DNA of 61,321 nucleotides from an uncultured Gammaproteobacteria bacterium (lineage in GTDB: Bacteria > Patescibacteriota > Patescibacteriia > Patescibacteriales > UBA12465): NCBI GenBank assembly GCA_964483295.1, contig CAZAAD010000005.1:1-61321 (forward strand). Reading direction: 5' to 3'. The translations under genes and the position numbers were made by a program. The notes beneath the pieces were generated by a model. That model made no database searches. It was not told the DNA's origin and saw only the letters and a list, made by a program, of their open reading frames with translations. Shown piece by piece: positions 47,595-57,274 of the stretch; within the stretch, counting starts at the first letter, position 1; each line of letters starts with the position of its first letter.

Positions 47595-48810
47595 ATTTCA
47601 CAAGTTCAGTTAACGAAATAATATTTGCCTGGTCCTCAGAACGCTTTTTTACTTCCGCGCCGCCCGCAGTTAACGATTTCTTACTAATAACAATACGATA
47701 AGGACAACCGATTAAATCAGCATCAGCAAATTTTTCCCCCGCTGATAAGTCGCGGTCATCATATAAAACTTCAACGCCGGCTTGCTGTAAGCTCTCATAA
47801 ACTTTTACTGCCTCCTCATTTTCATTTAAAGACAAAAGATGAATTTTAAATGGCGCTACTTCTTCCGGCCAAATAATTCCCTTCTCGTCATGACAAACTT
47901 CAACAATAGTACCAAGGGCGCGACTAATGCCTAAACCATAGCAGCCCATGATAACGGTTTTCTTTTCGCCGTCACTATCCTGATATTTTAAATCAAACGG
48001 TTCAGAGTATTTCGTACCGAGTTTAAAAATATTGCCCGCTTCAACCGCCTTAGATTCTTGCAAATTCTTATTGCCGCATTTAGGACAAGAATCCTGATCG
48101 GCAATAATTTCTTTATTAACCGCCATCTGGCAAGCCGCGCAAGTATAGATTATATCTTCACCAGCCTCGGTTAAAGTTTGAAACTCATGAGAATATTTAG
48201 AAAAGCTACCACCAGAAGCAAAAGTAAGATAAGTCTTGTCGCCTAAGCCAAAACGTCTAAAAATATTATTATAAGCCACAATCGCCCGTTCGTAATAAGC
48301 ATCCAAATCTTCTTGAGTAGTATGGAAGGAATATAAATCTTTCATTAAAAATTCACGACCGCGCAATAATCCCGATTTAGCCCGCTTCTCATTACGAAAT
48401 TTATTCTGAATTTGAAAAACGGCCATTGGCAATTCGCGATAAGAATAGATAAACTTTTTCGCAAGTGGCGTGACCACTTCTTCGTGCGTAGGATTAAGAA
48501 CATATTCTTTCTCGTCAGAGCCAGCTAACTTAAACAAAACATCCAAAGTTTCAAAGCGGCCAGTGGCCTGCCAGTTTTCTTTTGGCGCTAAAGATGGCAT
48601 ATTGATTTCTTGACCATCAATTGCCGTCATTTCTTCGCGAATAATATTTTGAATCTTATTAATCACTCGCCAACCTAAAGGCAAAAAAGAATAAACTCCA
48701 GCGGCTAATTTATCAACAAAACCGGCCCGAATCAGGGCCTGAGCATTAAAACTGGGCTCATCTTTAGGCAATTCCTTGATTGTTTTTGTAAAAAGCTGTG
48801 ATTGTTTCAT
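47584..48810 (-). CDS. proS: Proline--tRNA ligase lacking the INS editing domain
   Basis: LNPTHEE, FRNEKR, GLLRGREF, GNIFKLG, MGCYGLG; 408 aa. Confidence 0.96.
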   Translation of the reverse strand: MKQSQLFTKTIKELPKDEPSFNAQALIRAGFVDKLAAGVYSFLPLGWRVINKIQNIIREEMTAIDGQEINMPSLAPKENWQATGRFETLDVLFKLAGSDEKEYVLNPTHEEVVTPLAKKFIYSYRELPMAVFQIQNKFRNEKRAKSGLLRGREFLMKDLYSFHTTQEDLDAYYERAIVAYNNIFRRFGLGDKTYLTFASGGSFSKYSHEFQTLTEAGEDIIYTCAACQMAVNKEIIADQDSCPKCGNKNLQESKAVEAGNIFKLGTKYSEPFDLKYQDSDGEKKTVIMGCYGLGISRALGTIVEVCHDEKGIIWPEEVAPFKIHLLSLNENEEAVKVYESLQQAGVEVLYDDRDLSAGEKFADADLIGCPYRIVISKKSLTAGGAEVKKRSEDQANIISLTELVKYVQ

Positions 48811-48868
48811 ATTAATATAATCCTATCTAAAAAAGTCATTCTTGTAAAGCTGAAAAAGTTTATAAAAA

Positions 48869-49453
48869 TTAGCCTTTTTTCATCATTTTTAAAGCTGCCT
48901 TAACCCTAGCGCCGCTATCCGTTAAGTCATTAGGAATAGAACTTAAAGCCGAGCGCGCTTCGCTCAGCGAATAGCCTAGGGACATCAAAGCATCAATCTC
49001 ATCGCTACCATAAGAAGCTGCCTCCAGACCGCTGGCCGTACCATTGCCGGCAACTTTTATAATCTTGGTCTTGAGTTCTAAAACAATACGTTCCGCCGTT
49101 TTCTTGCCGATACCGGAAACCTTAGTTAAAAGATTAGCATCACCACGCAAAATCGCCTGAACAACATCGTCATAACTCGCCACACTTAGTACGCCCAAAG
49201 CCGACTTCGGCCCAACGCCAGAAACACTCAAAAGCATTTCAAATATTTCTAAATCAGGCGCGGACTTAAAACCATATAAATCAGACGCTTCCTCGCGAAT
49301 ATGATGATAGGTATAAAGTTCGGTTTCTGAACCTAAAACCAGTTCATTAAATAAATTTTCTCCGACCGCTACCTGATAGCCAACATCTTTAACATCAATA
49401 ATCACACTGCTATTACGTTTGGAAATTATTCTACCTTTAAGATAAGCAATCAT
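48869..49453 (-). CDS. ruvA: Holliday junction branch migration protein RuvA
   Basis: VSGVGPKSA, VSGIGKKTAERIVLELK, ALMSLGY. Confidence 0.97.
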   Translation of the reverse strand: MIAYLKGRIISKRNSSVIIDVKDVGYQVAVGENLFNELVLGSETELYTYHHIREEASDLYGFKSAPDLEIFEMLLSVSGVGPKSALGVLSVASYDDVVQAILRGDANLLTKVSGIGKKTAERIVLELKTKIIKVAGNGTASGLEAASYGSDEIDALMSLGYSLSEARSALSSIPNDLTDSGARVKAALKMMKKG

Positions 49454-49471
49454 ATAATTTAATTATAATTT

Positions 49472-50764
49472 CTACACGAGCTTGCGGCGCAAAACTGAAA
49501 ATTCTGGAACAAGCGGACTACCTGTTGGCAAATTAACAAAAGCCTCTGCCCCGCCACCGCCGCCATGCGCTTCACTAATTTCTTCACCGGTTTTTACATT
49601 AAACAAATGTTTTAGCTTTAATTTAATTATTTCTTGTCCTGGTAATAAAATATTGAGCTCATCACCAACCTTAACAGTATTATGAACTTTAAAAAATAAT
49701 TTCACCTGACCAGTCTTATCTTTTTCGCTACGCACAACTTGCCCGCAGAATTCCCAGTCGCTCTTATTGTGTGAATCAACGACATTTTGGTCCGCCTTCT
49801 TATCAAATAAAAAGCCTTCAGTATAGCCGCGATGGATTAACTTAGTTTCTAATTCGTGATAAAGCTTGGCTAATTCCTTATTAAGTTCAGTCGTCGCTAA
49901 ACGCTTAGTTGATAAATCCAAAGCGCGGCGATAAGCCGAGCAAACCACGGCCTGATAATAAACACTCTTAGCTCGGCCCTCAATTTTAAAACTAGTAATT
50001 CCAGCCTTAATAAGTTCGGGTAAACGCTTAATTAAACACAGGTCTTGTGAATTTAAAAGATAAGCGCCATGTCTTTCTTCGACGAGTTCAAGTTCTTCTT
50101 TGTGTCCCCGCGCTTTCAGCGTGTAGTGCTCAACGTCATACTGCCAACGACACGGCTGAGCACAGTCACCCAGATTGCCACTACGGTCAACAAATAATTT
50201 TGACAAAAAGCAGCGCCCCGAATAAGCCATACACATCGCGCCATGAATAAAATATTCCAACTCTAGCTTAGGTAAAGCTTTCTTGATTTCTTTAATACCC
50301 TGCAAGGTTACTTCCCGGCCTAAGACAATACGACTGACGCCTTGCTCAAACCAAAATCTGGCCGCCGCCGCATTCGTGCAATTAGCCTGAGTTGATAAAT
50401 GAATTTCCGCTTGGGGCCAAACTTTTTTCACAACACTCAAAACTCCCGGGTCAGAAACAATAAACGCATCGGGCTTAATATCTTTTAACTTCTTTAGATA
50501 AGATGCTAGCGGCTTAAGATGAGCGTCGTGTGCAAAAATATTAGCCGTAACATAAACTTTCTTTTTCCGCGCCCGCGCATAAACAACTGCCTCCTTAATT
50601 CCTTTAAGATCAAAATCATTAATACGAACACGCAAAGAAAAATCCGGAATACCTAAATAGACCGCATCCGCGCCATAAGCGAAAGCGGTTTTCATTTTTA
50701 ATAAATTACCAGCCGGAGCCAGAAGCTCAAGCGGAAACTTTTTTTTACTTACAATTTTCTTCAT
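49472..50764 (-). CDS. U32 peptidase family, TrhP/YegQ-like tRNA hydroxylation protein
   Basis: ELLAPAG, GADAVY, HGAMCMAYSGRC, NLGDCAQPCR, FKIEGR. Confidence 0.9.
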   Translation of the reverse strand: MKKIVSKKKFPLELLAPAGNLLKMKTAFAYGADAVYLGIPDFSLRVRINDFDLKGIKEAVVYARARKKKVYVTANIFAHDAHLKPLASYLKKLKDIKPDAFIVSDPGVLSVVKKVWPQAEIHLSTQANCTNAAAARFWFEQGVSRIVLGREVTLQGIKEIKKALPKLELEYFIHGAMCMAYSGRCFLSKLFVDRSGNLGDCAQPCRWQYDVEHYTLKARGHKEELELVEERHGAYLLNSQDLCLIKRLPELIKAGITSFKIEGRAKSVYYQAVVCSAYRRALDLSTKRLATTELNKELAKLYHELETKLIHRGYTEGFLFDKKADQNVVDSHNKSDWEFCGQVVRSEKDKTGQVKLFFKVHNTVKVGDELNILLPGQEIIKLKLKHLFNVKTGEEISEAHGGGGGAEAFVNLPTGSPLVPEFSVLRRKLV

Positions 50765-50779
50765 CGCAAAAATTAAATT

Positions 50780-51679
50780 TTAAGCCAAGCCTCTTAATTT
50801 ATTAATTCTTTCTTCAACCGGAGGATGAGTAGAAAAAGCCCGAGCAAATAATCCAGCGCGACGACCGCCAGCTTTAAAAGGCGAGGCGATATACAAATGC
50901 GCCGTGGCACGATTGGCAACCTCAAGTGGCTCCTGGTCAGCCGAAATCTTTTCTAGCGCCCGTGCTAAACCTTCAGGATAACGAGTTAAGAGTGCCCCGT
51001 CAGCATCAGCCGCAAATTCACGCTTACGCGAAATTGCCATCTGCATAAACTGCGCAAAGAGAGGAGCCAAGATTGCTAAAATAATCGCTACAATCATAAT
51101 AATTCCTTGCAGCTGCCCCTTTCCTTCGCTATCACGCTTGCCGAAAAAAGCCATACGAGTAAACCAGTCAGCTAATAAAACAATCATGCCAACCAAGACC
51201 GTAACCAGAGTTGCGAGCAAAATATCACGATTACCAATATGAGATAACTCATGAGCAATTACACCTTCAAGTTCAGACTTGTCCAGTTTTTGTAGCAAAC
51301 CAGAAGTAACTGCTACTACCGCATGTTTTGGATCGCGACCGGTGGCAAAAGCATTAGGCGCGCTGTCGTCAATAATATAAATTTTCGGAAGCGGTAGTCC
51401 AGCCGTAATACAAAGATTTTCTACTAAACGATAAAGCTCCCGATTACTATTATAATCAACTTCTTTCGCCTTGCTCATGGCTAAGACAATCTTATCGCTA
51501 TACCAATAACTGACAAAACTGGAAATTACGCTGAAAGCCACAGCAATAAAAAGAACTCCTGGCTCATCCATCACCCAGCTAAAACCATAGCCGACAGCAA
51601 TTACGAAGGCAAAAAACCCGGTCAATAAAAACCAGGTTTTTCGCTTATTAGAATCGCTGTGAGTATAAAGAGTGGACAT
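50780..51679 (-). CDS. htpX: M48 zinc metalloprotease HtpX
   Basis: PNAFATG, HELSH, SRKREFAADA, THPP. Confidence 0.95.
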   Translation of the reverse strand: MSTLYTHSDSNKRKTWFLLTGFFAFVIAVGYGFSWVMDEPGVLFIAVAFSVISSFVSYWYSDKIVLAMSKAKEVDYNSNRELYRLVENLCITAGLPLPKIYIIDDSAPNAFATGRDPKHAVVAVTSGLLQKLDKSELEGVIAHELSHIGNRDILLATLVTVLVGMIVLLADWFTRMAFFGKRDSEGKGQLQGIIMIVAIILAILAPLFAQFMQMAISRKREFAADADGALLTRYPEGLARALEKISADQEPLEVANRATAHLYIASPFKAGGRRAGLFARAFSTHPPVEERINKLRGLA

Positions 51680-51698
51680 AACAAAATGTTAGCTCTAA

Positions 51699-52463
51699 TT
51701 ATTCTTTTTTATCCTCCATCATTTTTTTACCAAAGCCCTCAAACGCCTTCAAAACTTCAATCGGGGTCATAAAGACAATAGTATTTGATTGATCAGAGGA
51801 AATATCATTAATCGCCTGCAAGGTTCTAAGATGCAAGGCGCCATTAGAACTAGCGAGCATATTAGCTGCTTTAGCAATATTTTCGGAAGCGGCTAATTCA
51901 CCTTCAGAATTAATAATAACTGCCCTCTTTTCACGCTCTGCTTCCGCCTGTTTGGCAATTGTTCTCTCCATTGATTCTGGCAAAGATACATCTTTAAGTT
52001 CAACATTATTAACCTTTAAACCCCAAGCATCAGTTTCCTTATCAACAATTTCGCGGATACGGTCAGCAATCTTATCACGCTGTGATAATAATTCATCTAA
52101 AGTAACCTCACCAACAATATTACGCATTGTGGTCTGGGCATATTGAGAAATAGCATAGTAGAAATTTTCTACCTCAATCACCGCCTTATCAGCAAATTCA
52201 ACCCGATAATAAATAACCGCGTTGACCATTACAGAAACGTTATCGCGAGTAATTGCCTTCTGATCCGGAACATCAACCGCTTTAACACGCATATCAACCT
52301 TCTTAAAGGTTTGAAATATCGGCCACAAGAAACGCCAGCCCGGATTCATAATTCCCGTGTAGCGACCCATAGTAAACTGGACACCGCGCTCATACTGATT
52401 AATCTGCTTTAAGCCACTCAGGAAAAATATTCCGACAAAAATAATGAAATAAATGAAACCCAT
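51699..52463 (-). CDS. SPFH/band 7 stomatin-like membrane protein
   Basis: ITRDNVSV, AQTTMR, WGLKV..VELKD, QAEAEREKRA. Confidence 0.93.
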   Translation of the reverse strand: MGFIYFIIFVGIFFLSGLKQINQYERGVQFTMGRYTGIMNPGWRFLWPIFQTFKKVDMRVKAVDVPDQKAITRDNVSVMVNAVIYYRVEFADKAVIEVENFYYAISQYAQTTMRNIVGEVTLDELLSQRDKIADRIREIVDKETDAWGLKVNNVELKDVSLPESMERTIAKQAEAEREKRAVIINSEGELAASENIAKAANMLASSNGALHLRTLQAINDISSDQSNTIVFMTPIEVLKAFEGFGKKMMEDKKE

Positions 52464-52484
52464 ATAATTAATGTTAAGCTGTTA

Positions 52485-53048
52485 TTAAAATTTTACAGCT
52501 ACCGGCTCCTTCTCCGCTTCGTTTTCAACTTCAAAAAACTTGCGGCTCGTAAATTTTAACCAGCCGGCAATAATATTGTTTGGAAAAACTTGAATCTTAG
52601 TGTTGAAGTCGCGGACATTGCCGTTATAAAAGCGGCGAGAAGCTTGAATCTTGTTTTCTGTATCAGATAGTTCGCGCTGTAATTCCAAGAAGTTCTGATT
52701 AGCTTTTAAGTCTGGATAATTTTCCGCTAAAGCGAAAATGGTTTTTAGAGTTCCGGTTAAAGCGTTTTCTGCTTGACCTTGAGCTTCAGCATCGCCCTTG
52801 GCTTGAGCGGACATCGCGCTATTTCTGGCCGCGATAACTTTTTCAAAAGTTGCCTGCTCGTGGGCGGCATAACCTTTAACAGTTTCTACTAAATTCGGGA
52901 TTAAGTCGTAACGGCGCTTGAGCTGAACGTCAATATCGCTCCAAGCTTCATCAACCCGATTCTTTAAACGAATGAGGCCGTTGTACAAAGCAATAACTGC
53001 TAACACAGCGACCACGACTACTCCCAAGATAACATAAAGGATAGTCAT
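52485..53048 (-). CDS. lemA: LemA family protein
   Basis: YNGL, AWSDIDVQLKRRYDLIPNLV, AENYPDLKANQNF. Confidence 0.97.
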   Translation of the reverse strand: MTILYVILGVVVVAVLAVIALYNGLIRLKNRVDEAWSDIDVQLKRRYDLIPNLVETVKGYAAHEQATFEKVIAARNSAMSAQAKGDAEAQGQAENALTGTLKTIFALAENYPDLKANQNFLELQRELSDTENKIQASRRFYNGNVRDFNTKIQVFPNNIIAGWLKFTSRKFFEVENEAEKEPVAVKF

Positions 53049-53110
53049 AAATTTTTTAATTAATTGTTTAATTATTTATAAAAACTTTCTTAAATTATAA
53101 CAGAAAATCC

Positions 53111-56047
53111 TTATTTTTTCAAGTCTAAACCAATAATTACTACCTGACCGTCAATCTTAATTTCCTTCGCATAATTAGATTCTGGCAAGCTAGCAACTAA
53201 CGTCAAGGACGAACTTAAGGTCTCCTTAGATATATCAGCTCCCAACTTACTAATGGTCTCGGAAATTTCCGCTGACTGAGAAACAATATTAACAGCTACC
53301 ATGTCTCCCAGACTCAACCCGGCTTCCTTACGGGACATATTAATAAATCTAATTAGCTCGCGCTTTAATCCCTCCATTTTTAATTCCGGAGTTATCTCGG
53401 TATCAAGCTCAACTTCTAAAATGTCTGAACCAGAAATAAACTCCAAACTCTTAATATTAAGTTCATCAGTAATTAAGGCTTGATAAGTAGCCGCTAATTC
53501 TGCACTACCTTTAACAACTGCTTTATTAAGCATCTGTCTAATTTTAATCCCGGCTTCATCACGCTTCGCTAAACCAACTTCCACAATACGACGGGCTAAA
53601 AACATGTTTTCTAAAACTTCTGCGCCATTAATTTCCAAAGCTTGTGGCCAAGCTTCTAAATGAACCGAGGCATTTTCGTTCTGAAAATCATAGCCACTCA
53701 ATTTCTGCCATAAATTTTCGGCAATAAACGGCATAAACGGCGCCAGTGCTTTAGATATTTCAACTAAAATAAACTTAGTCGTCAGGAGCGCTTTTTCTTT
53801 ATCAGCTTCATCTTCAGACTTAAAACGGTCACGACTGCGACGCAAATACCAAGTGGAAAATTCATCAATAAATTCAGTAATCGGACGGACGGCCTTAGTT
53901 AAATTATAAGCGGTCATCCCCGAAACAATACTGCTGAGCAATAAATCAAACTTAGCTAGTATCCATTTATCTAAAACATTCTCACTTGCTAACACTGCTT
54001 GTTGTAATTTGTCGCCCGATACGGCCACAACAGGATTATCAGTGGCATATAATTCATAGAACTTATAAACGTTCATGAGCAGCATGATATTTTTTCGCAA
54101 CGATTCCTCGGTTCCCTTTTCAGAAAAATTAAGATTCTCCGCCGACATAACTGGCGAGGAAAGTAATTGCATACGCAAAGCGTCGGCCCCATATTTTTCC
54201 ATCACGAGCGATGGATCAGGATAATTCTGTAAACGCTTAGACATCTTCTTTCCGTCCTCAGCTAGAACAATGCCATTAGCAATGACATTTTCATAAGCAT
54301 GGCTAGAGCGGACGCCACCGGAAATAACATGTAGATAGTAGAACCAAGCACGGGCCTGATCAACGCCTTCGGCGATATATTTTGCCGGAAAAGAATTTTC
54401 CAGTTTCTCTTTATTTTCAAAAGGATAGTGAATCTGCGCATAAGGCATAGAACCTGATTCAAACCAACAATCAAGCACATCTGGAATACGCTTCATCTCG
54501 CCCTGGCATTTTTCACAAGTAAAAGTAAGCGTATCAACCTTATCTTTATGAATATCAGTAATACCGCTGACACCGCTCAATTGCTCTAGTTCGGCCACGC
54601 TGCCAATAACCCGGCGCTCACCGCAAGTACATTCCCAAATCGGAATAGCGCTCGCCCAGAAACGCTGCCGAGAAATTGACCAATCACGTGCACCTTCCAG
54701 CCAATTACCAAACCGGCCCTCCTTCATGTGCTCCGGAAACCAATTAATATTTTTCGCACTAGCCAATAATTGTTCTTTGATCTTAGTAACACTGACAAAC
54801 CAAGAAGAGGTCGCATAATTAATTAGCGGCGTATCGCAGCGCCAACAATGCGGATAGCTGTGCTCATATTTCTCTTTATGAAACAACAGGCCCTTGCCCG
54901 CTAAATATTTAATAATTTCAATATCGGTGGAAGTGTGGTCGTCTAAAGGCTTGACGTGTAAATTTGGGAAATCAGTAACTTCAGGGGCAAAGTGTCCATC
55001 CATGCCGACATGCTGAATAAATGGCAGCTTATTATCGCGACCAAGCTTCATATCATCCTCACCGAAGGCCGGAGCGATATGAACAACGCCAGTACCATCT
55101 TCAGTTGTGACAAAATCAGCCGCATAAACTTTCCAGCCATTATCATGATTCTCTAATTTTTTATCTTGAAAATAATAAGCAAATAATGGCTTATAAGATT
55201 TACCAACTAACTCAGCTCCTTTGATAGTGGCAACAATTTCAAACTGCTTATCTTTAAAAACCTCAACTACTCTTTCTTTAGCAATAATATAATTTACACC
55301 CTCGCTTAAAACTTTTACATATTCAATCTCCGCACCAACCGCTAAAGCGACGTTGCCGATTAAAGTCCAGGGGGTGGTAGTCCAAGCGAGAATATAAGTT
55401 CCCGGCTCAGCGCTTAATTCAAATTTAGCAATCGTACTTAAATCTTTAATATCACGATAACCTTCAGTTACTTCCGACTGCGACAAGGTTGTCTCACAGC
55501 GCGGACAGATATGCATTGAGCGGTAATCTTTATAGATTAAATCTTTATCCCAAAGCGTTTTAAAAACCCACCAAATTGATTCCATGAAATTTAAATCCAT
55601 GGTGCGATAAGGATTTTTCATGTCAACCCAACGACCAAGACGAGAAATTACTTTCTCCCATTCATCGGCATAAGTAAAAACTTTAGAGCGGCAGAGCTCA
55701 TTGAATTTACCAACACCCATTTCTTCAATATCTTTCTTGCGCTGCGTGCCTAATTCTTTTTCAACAATATTTTCAATCGGCAAGCCGTGGCAATCCCAAC
55801 CCCAGCGGCGCTCAACGCGATAGCCATTCATCGTATAATAGCGCGGCACCACATCTTTCATGATGCTAGAAACTAAATGACCATAATGCGGCGTTCCAGT
55901 CGCAAATGGTGGGCCATCGTAAAAAGAGTAGTCACCTTGCGGGGCATCTTTAGTAAGAGACTTCTGAAAAATTGTCGATTTGTTCCAGAAAGACAAAACC
56001 TCTTCTTCAGCTTGAATAATTGGATTCTTTATTATGTTATCTGCCAT
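53111..56047 (-). CDS. ileS: Isoleucine--tRNA ligase, type 2
   Basis: DGPPFATGTPHYGH, WGWDCHGLP, DWSISRQRFW, KMSKR; no C-terminal zinc finger. Confidence 0.97.
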   Translation of the reverse strand: MADNIIKNPIIQAEEEVLSFWNKSTIFQKSLTKDAPQGDYSFYDGPPFATGTPHYGHLVSSIMKDVVPRYYTMNGYRVERRWGWDCHGLPIENIVEKELGTQRKKDIEEMGVGKFNELCRSKVFTYADEWEKVISRLGRWVDMKNPYRTMDLNFMESIWWVFKTLWDKDLIYKDYRSMHICPRCETTLSQSEVTEGYRDIKDLSTIAKFELSAEPGTYILAWTTTPWTLIGNVALAVGAEIEYVKVLSEGVNYIIAKERVVEVFKDKQFEIVATIKGAELVGKSYKPLFAYYFQDKKLENHDNGWKVYAADFVTTEDGTGVVHIAPAFGEDDMKLGRDNKLPFIQHVGMDGHFAPEVTDFPNLHVKPLDDHTSTDIEIIKYLAGKGLLFHKEKYEHSYPHCWRCDTPLINYATSSWFVSVTKIKEQLLASAKNINWFPEHMKEGRFGNWLEGARDWSISRQRFWASAIPIWECTCGERRVIGSVAELEQLSGVSGITDIHKDKVDTLTFTCEKCQGEMKRIPDVLDCWFESGSMPYAQIHYPFENKEKLENSFPAKYIAEGVDQARAWFYYLHVISGGVRSSHAYENVIANGIVLAEDGKKMSKRLQNYPDPSLVMEKYGADALRMQLLSSPVMSAENLNFSEKGTEESLRKNIMLLMNVYKFYELYATDNPVVAVSGDKLQQAVLASENVLDKWILAKFDLLLSSIVSGMTAYNLTKAVRPITEFIDEFSTWYLRRSRDRFKSEDEADKEKALLTTKFILVEISKALAPFMPFIAENLWQKLSGYDFQNENASVHLEAWPQALEINGAEVLENMFLARRIVEVGLAKRDEAGIKIRQMLNKAVVKGSAELAATYQALITDELNIKSLEFISGSDILEVELDTEITPELKMEGLKRELIRFINMSRKEAGLSLGDMVAVNIVSQSAEISETISKLGADISKETLSSSLTLVASLPESNYAKEIKIDGQVVIIGLDLKK

Positions 56048-56058
56048 ATTAATATCTT

Positions 56059-57270
56059 TTAGCTTTTAAGCATAAACCAATTTCTCTTACCAATCTTAAG
56101 CGTTAAACCTTCGGTTGGAATTTCAATTTGTTCATAAACATCTTTCTTAACCTCTTCGCCGCGCAACTTAACGCCTCCCTGTTCAGCTAAGCGACGCAAA
56201 TCACTGACGCTTGATTCAGGCTGACATTTTTTCAAAATTGATAATAAATCTAATTTATCAGCACCAAGTTTAATTTCAACCATTTCATCCGGTGCTTCTT
56301 TTTTTTGAACACGCTTAATAAAATCTTCCTGGGCGGAATCAGCCGCGGCTTCACCGTGAAAAATCTTAGTAATTTCCCAAGCAGTTTTCATCTTGGCATC
56401 GCGCGGACCAAGTTCAGCTAGCATCTTTTCAATTTCCTCTAAAGCGATGCGAGTATTATTAATCAAAAATATTTTTGTCATCTCATCCGGTTGCGCCATA
56501 ATCGCGCCATACATATCAACCGCTGAATAATTTAAAAATATACCCGTACCGCGACTCTTAGACATAAGCTCGCCGGTAATTGGATTTTCCATTAGATTAA
56601 CGGCCACGACAAATTTATCTTTATTCTTAAATTTCTTAAGCAAAGTCCGACCAACAAGCGCATTGAAAATTTGGTCAGTGCCACAAAGTTCAACATCAAC
56701 ATCCATCGCGACGCTATCATAGCCTTGCATCAGGGGATATAAAAATTCATGAAGATGAATCGGTTTTTCTTCAGCTAGACGCTTTTGAAACATATCGCGC
56801 TCTAACATTTGCTGAACAGTCACATTAGACGCTAAATTAACCACATCTTCCATAGTTAATTTAGACAGCCAATCATGATTATATAAAATACGTGGCGGAT
56901 TTTCTTTCGCCTCAAAATCCATCAGCGGCTTAATCTGCTCTAACCAATTTTTGACATTAGCCACGACATCTTCGCGCGATAACTGCGCCCGAGTCGCCGT
57001 CTTGTCGGTAGGGTCACCAATGCGGGCTGTAAAATCACCAATAAGGACAATCACCTCGTGACCGAGCTGGCGAAACTCTTCAAGAAGCAAATAATTCTTA
57101 GCATGACTTAAATGTAATGAAGTTGAAGTCGGGTCAACACCGATATAAAAGCGCATCGGCTTATCTCCAGCTAAGCGTTCCGCAAATTCTTTCTCAGTCG
57201 GCAGAACATGCTTGATAATTCCCCGCTTTAAGATTTTAGCGGCGGCTTGTTGTCTTTCCGCGTTAGTCAT
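56059..57270 (-). CDS. tyrS: Tyrosine--tRNA ligase with C-terminal S4 domain
   Basis: YIGVDPT, IGDFTARIGDP, YPLMQGYD, GTDQ, MSKS. Confidence 0.96.
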   Translation of the reverse strand: MTNAERQQAAAKILKRGIIKHVLPTEKEFAERLAGDKPMRFYIGVDPTSTSLHLSHAKNYLLLEEFRQLGHEVIVLIGDFTARIGDPTDKTATRAQLSREDVVANVKNWLEQIKPLMDFEAKENPPRILYNHDWLSKLTMEDVVNLASNVTVQQMLERDMFQKRLAEEKPIHLHEFLYPLMQGYDSVAMDVDVELCGTDQIFNALVGRTLLKKFKNKDKFVVAVNLMENPITGELMSKSRGTGIFLNYSAVDMYGAIMAQPDEMTKIFLINNTRIALEEIEKMLAELGPRDAKMKTAWEITKIFHGEAAADSAQEDFIKRVQKKEAPDEMVEIKLGADKLDLLSILKKCQPESSVSDLRRLAEQGGVKLRGEEVKKDVYEQIEIPTEGLTLKIGKRNWFMLKS

Positions 57271-57274
57271 ATTT

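Noticed and set aside
48869-49453. ruvA without adjacent ruvB/ruvC
   Set aside because: Dispersal of ruv genes is common and cannot be judged from one window
53111-56047. Type 2 IleRS as an acquired mupirocin-resistance gene
   Set aside because: It is in a housekeeping context with no mobility signs, and IleRS2 is often the sole native enzyme
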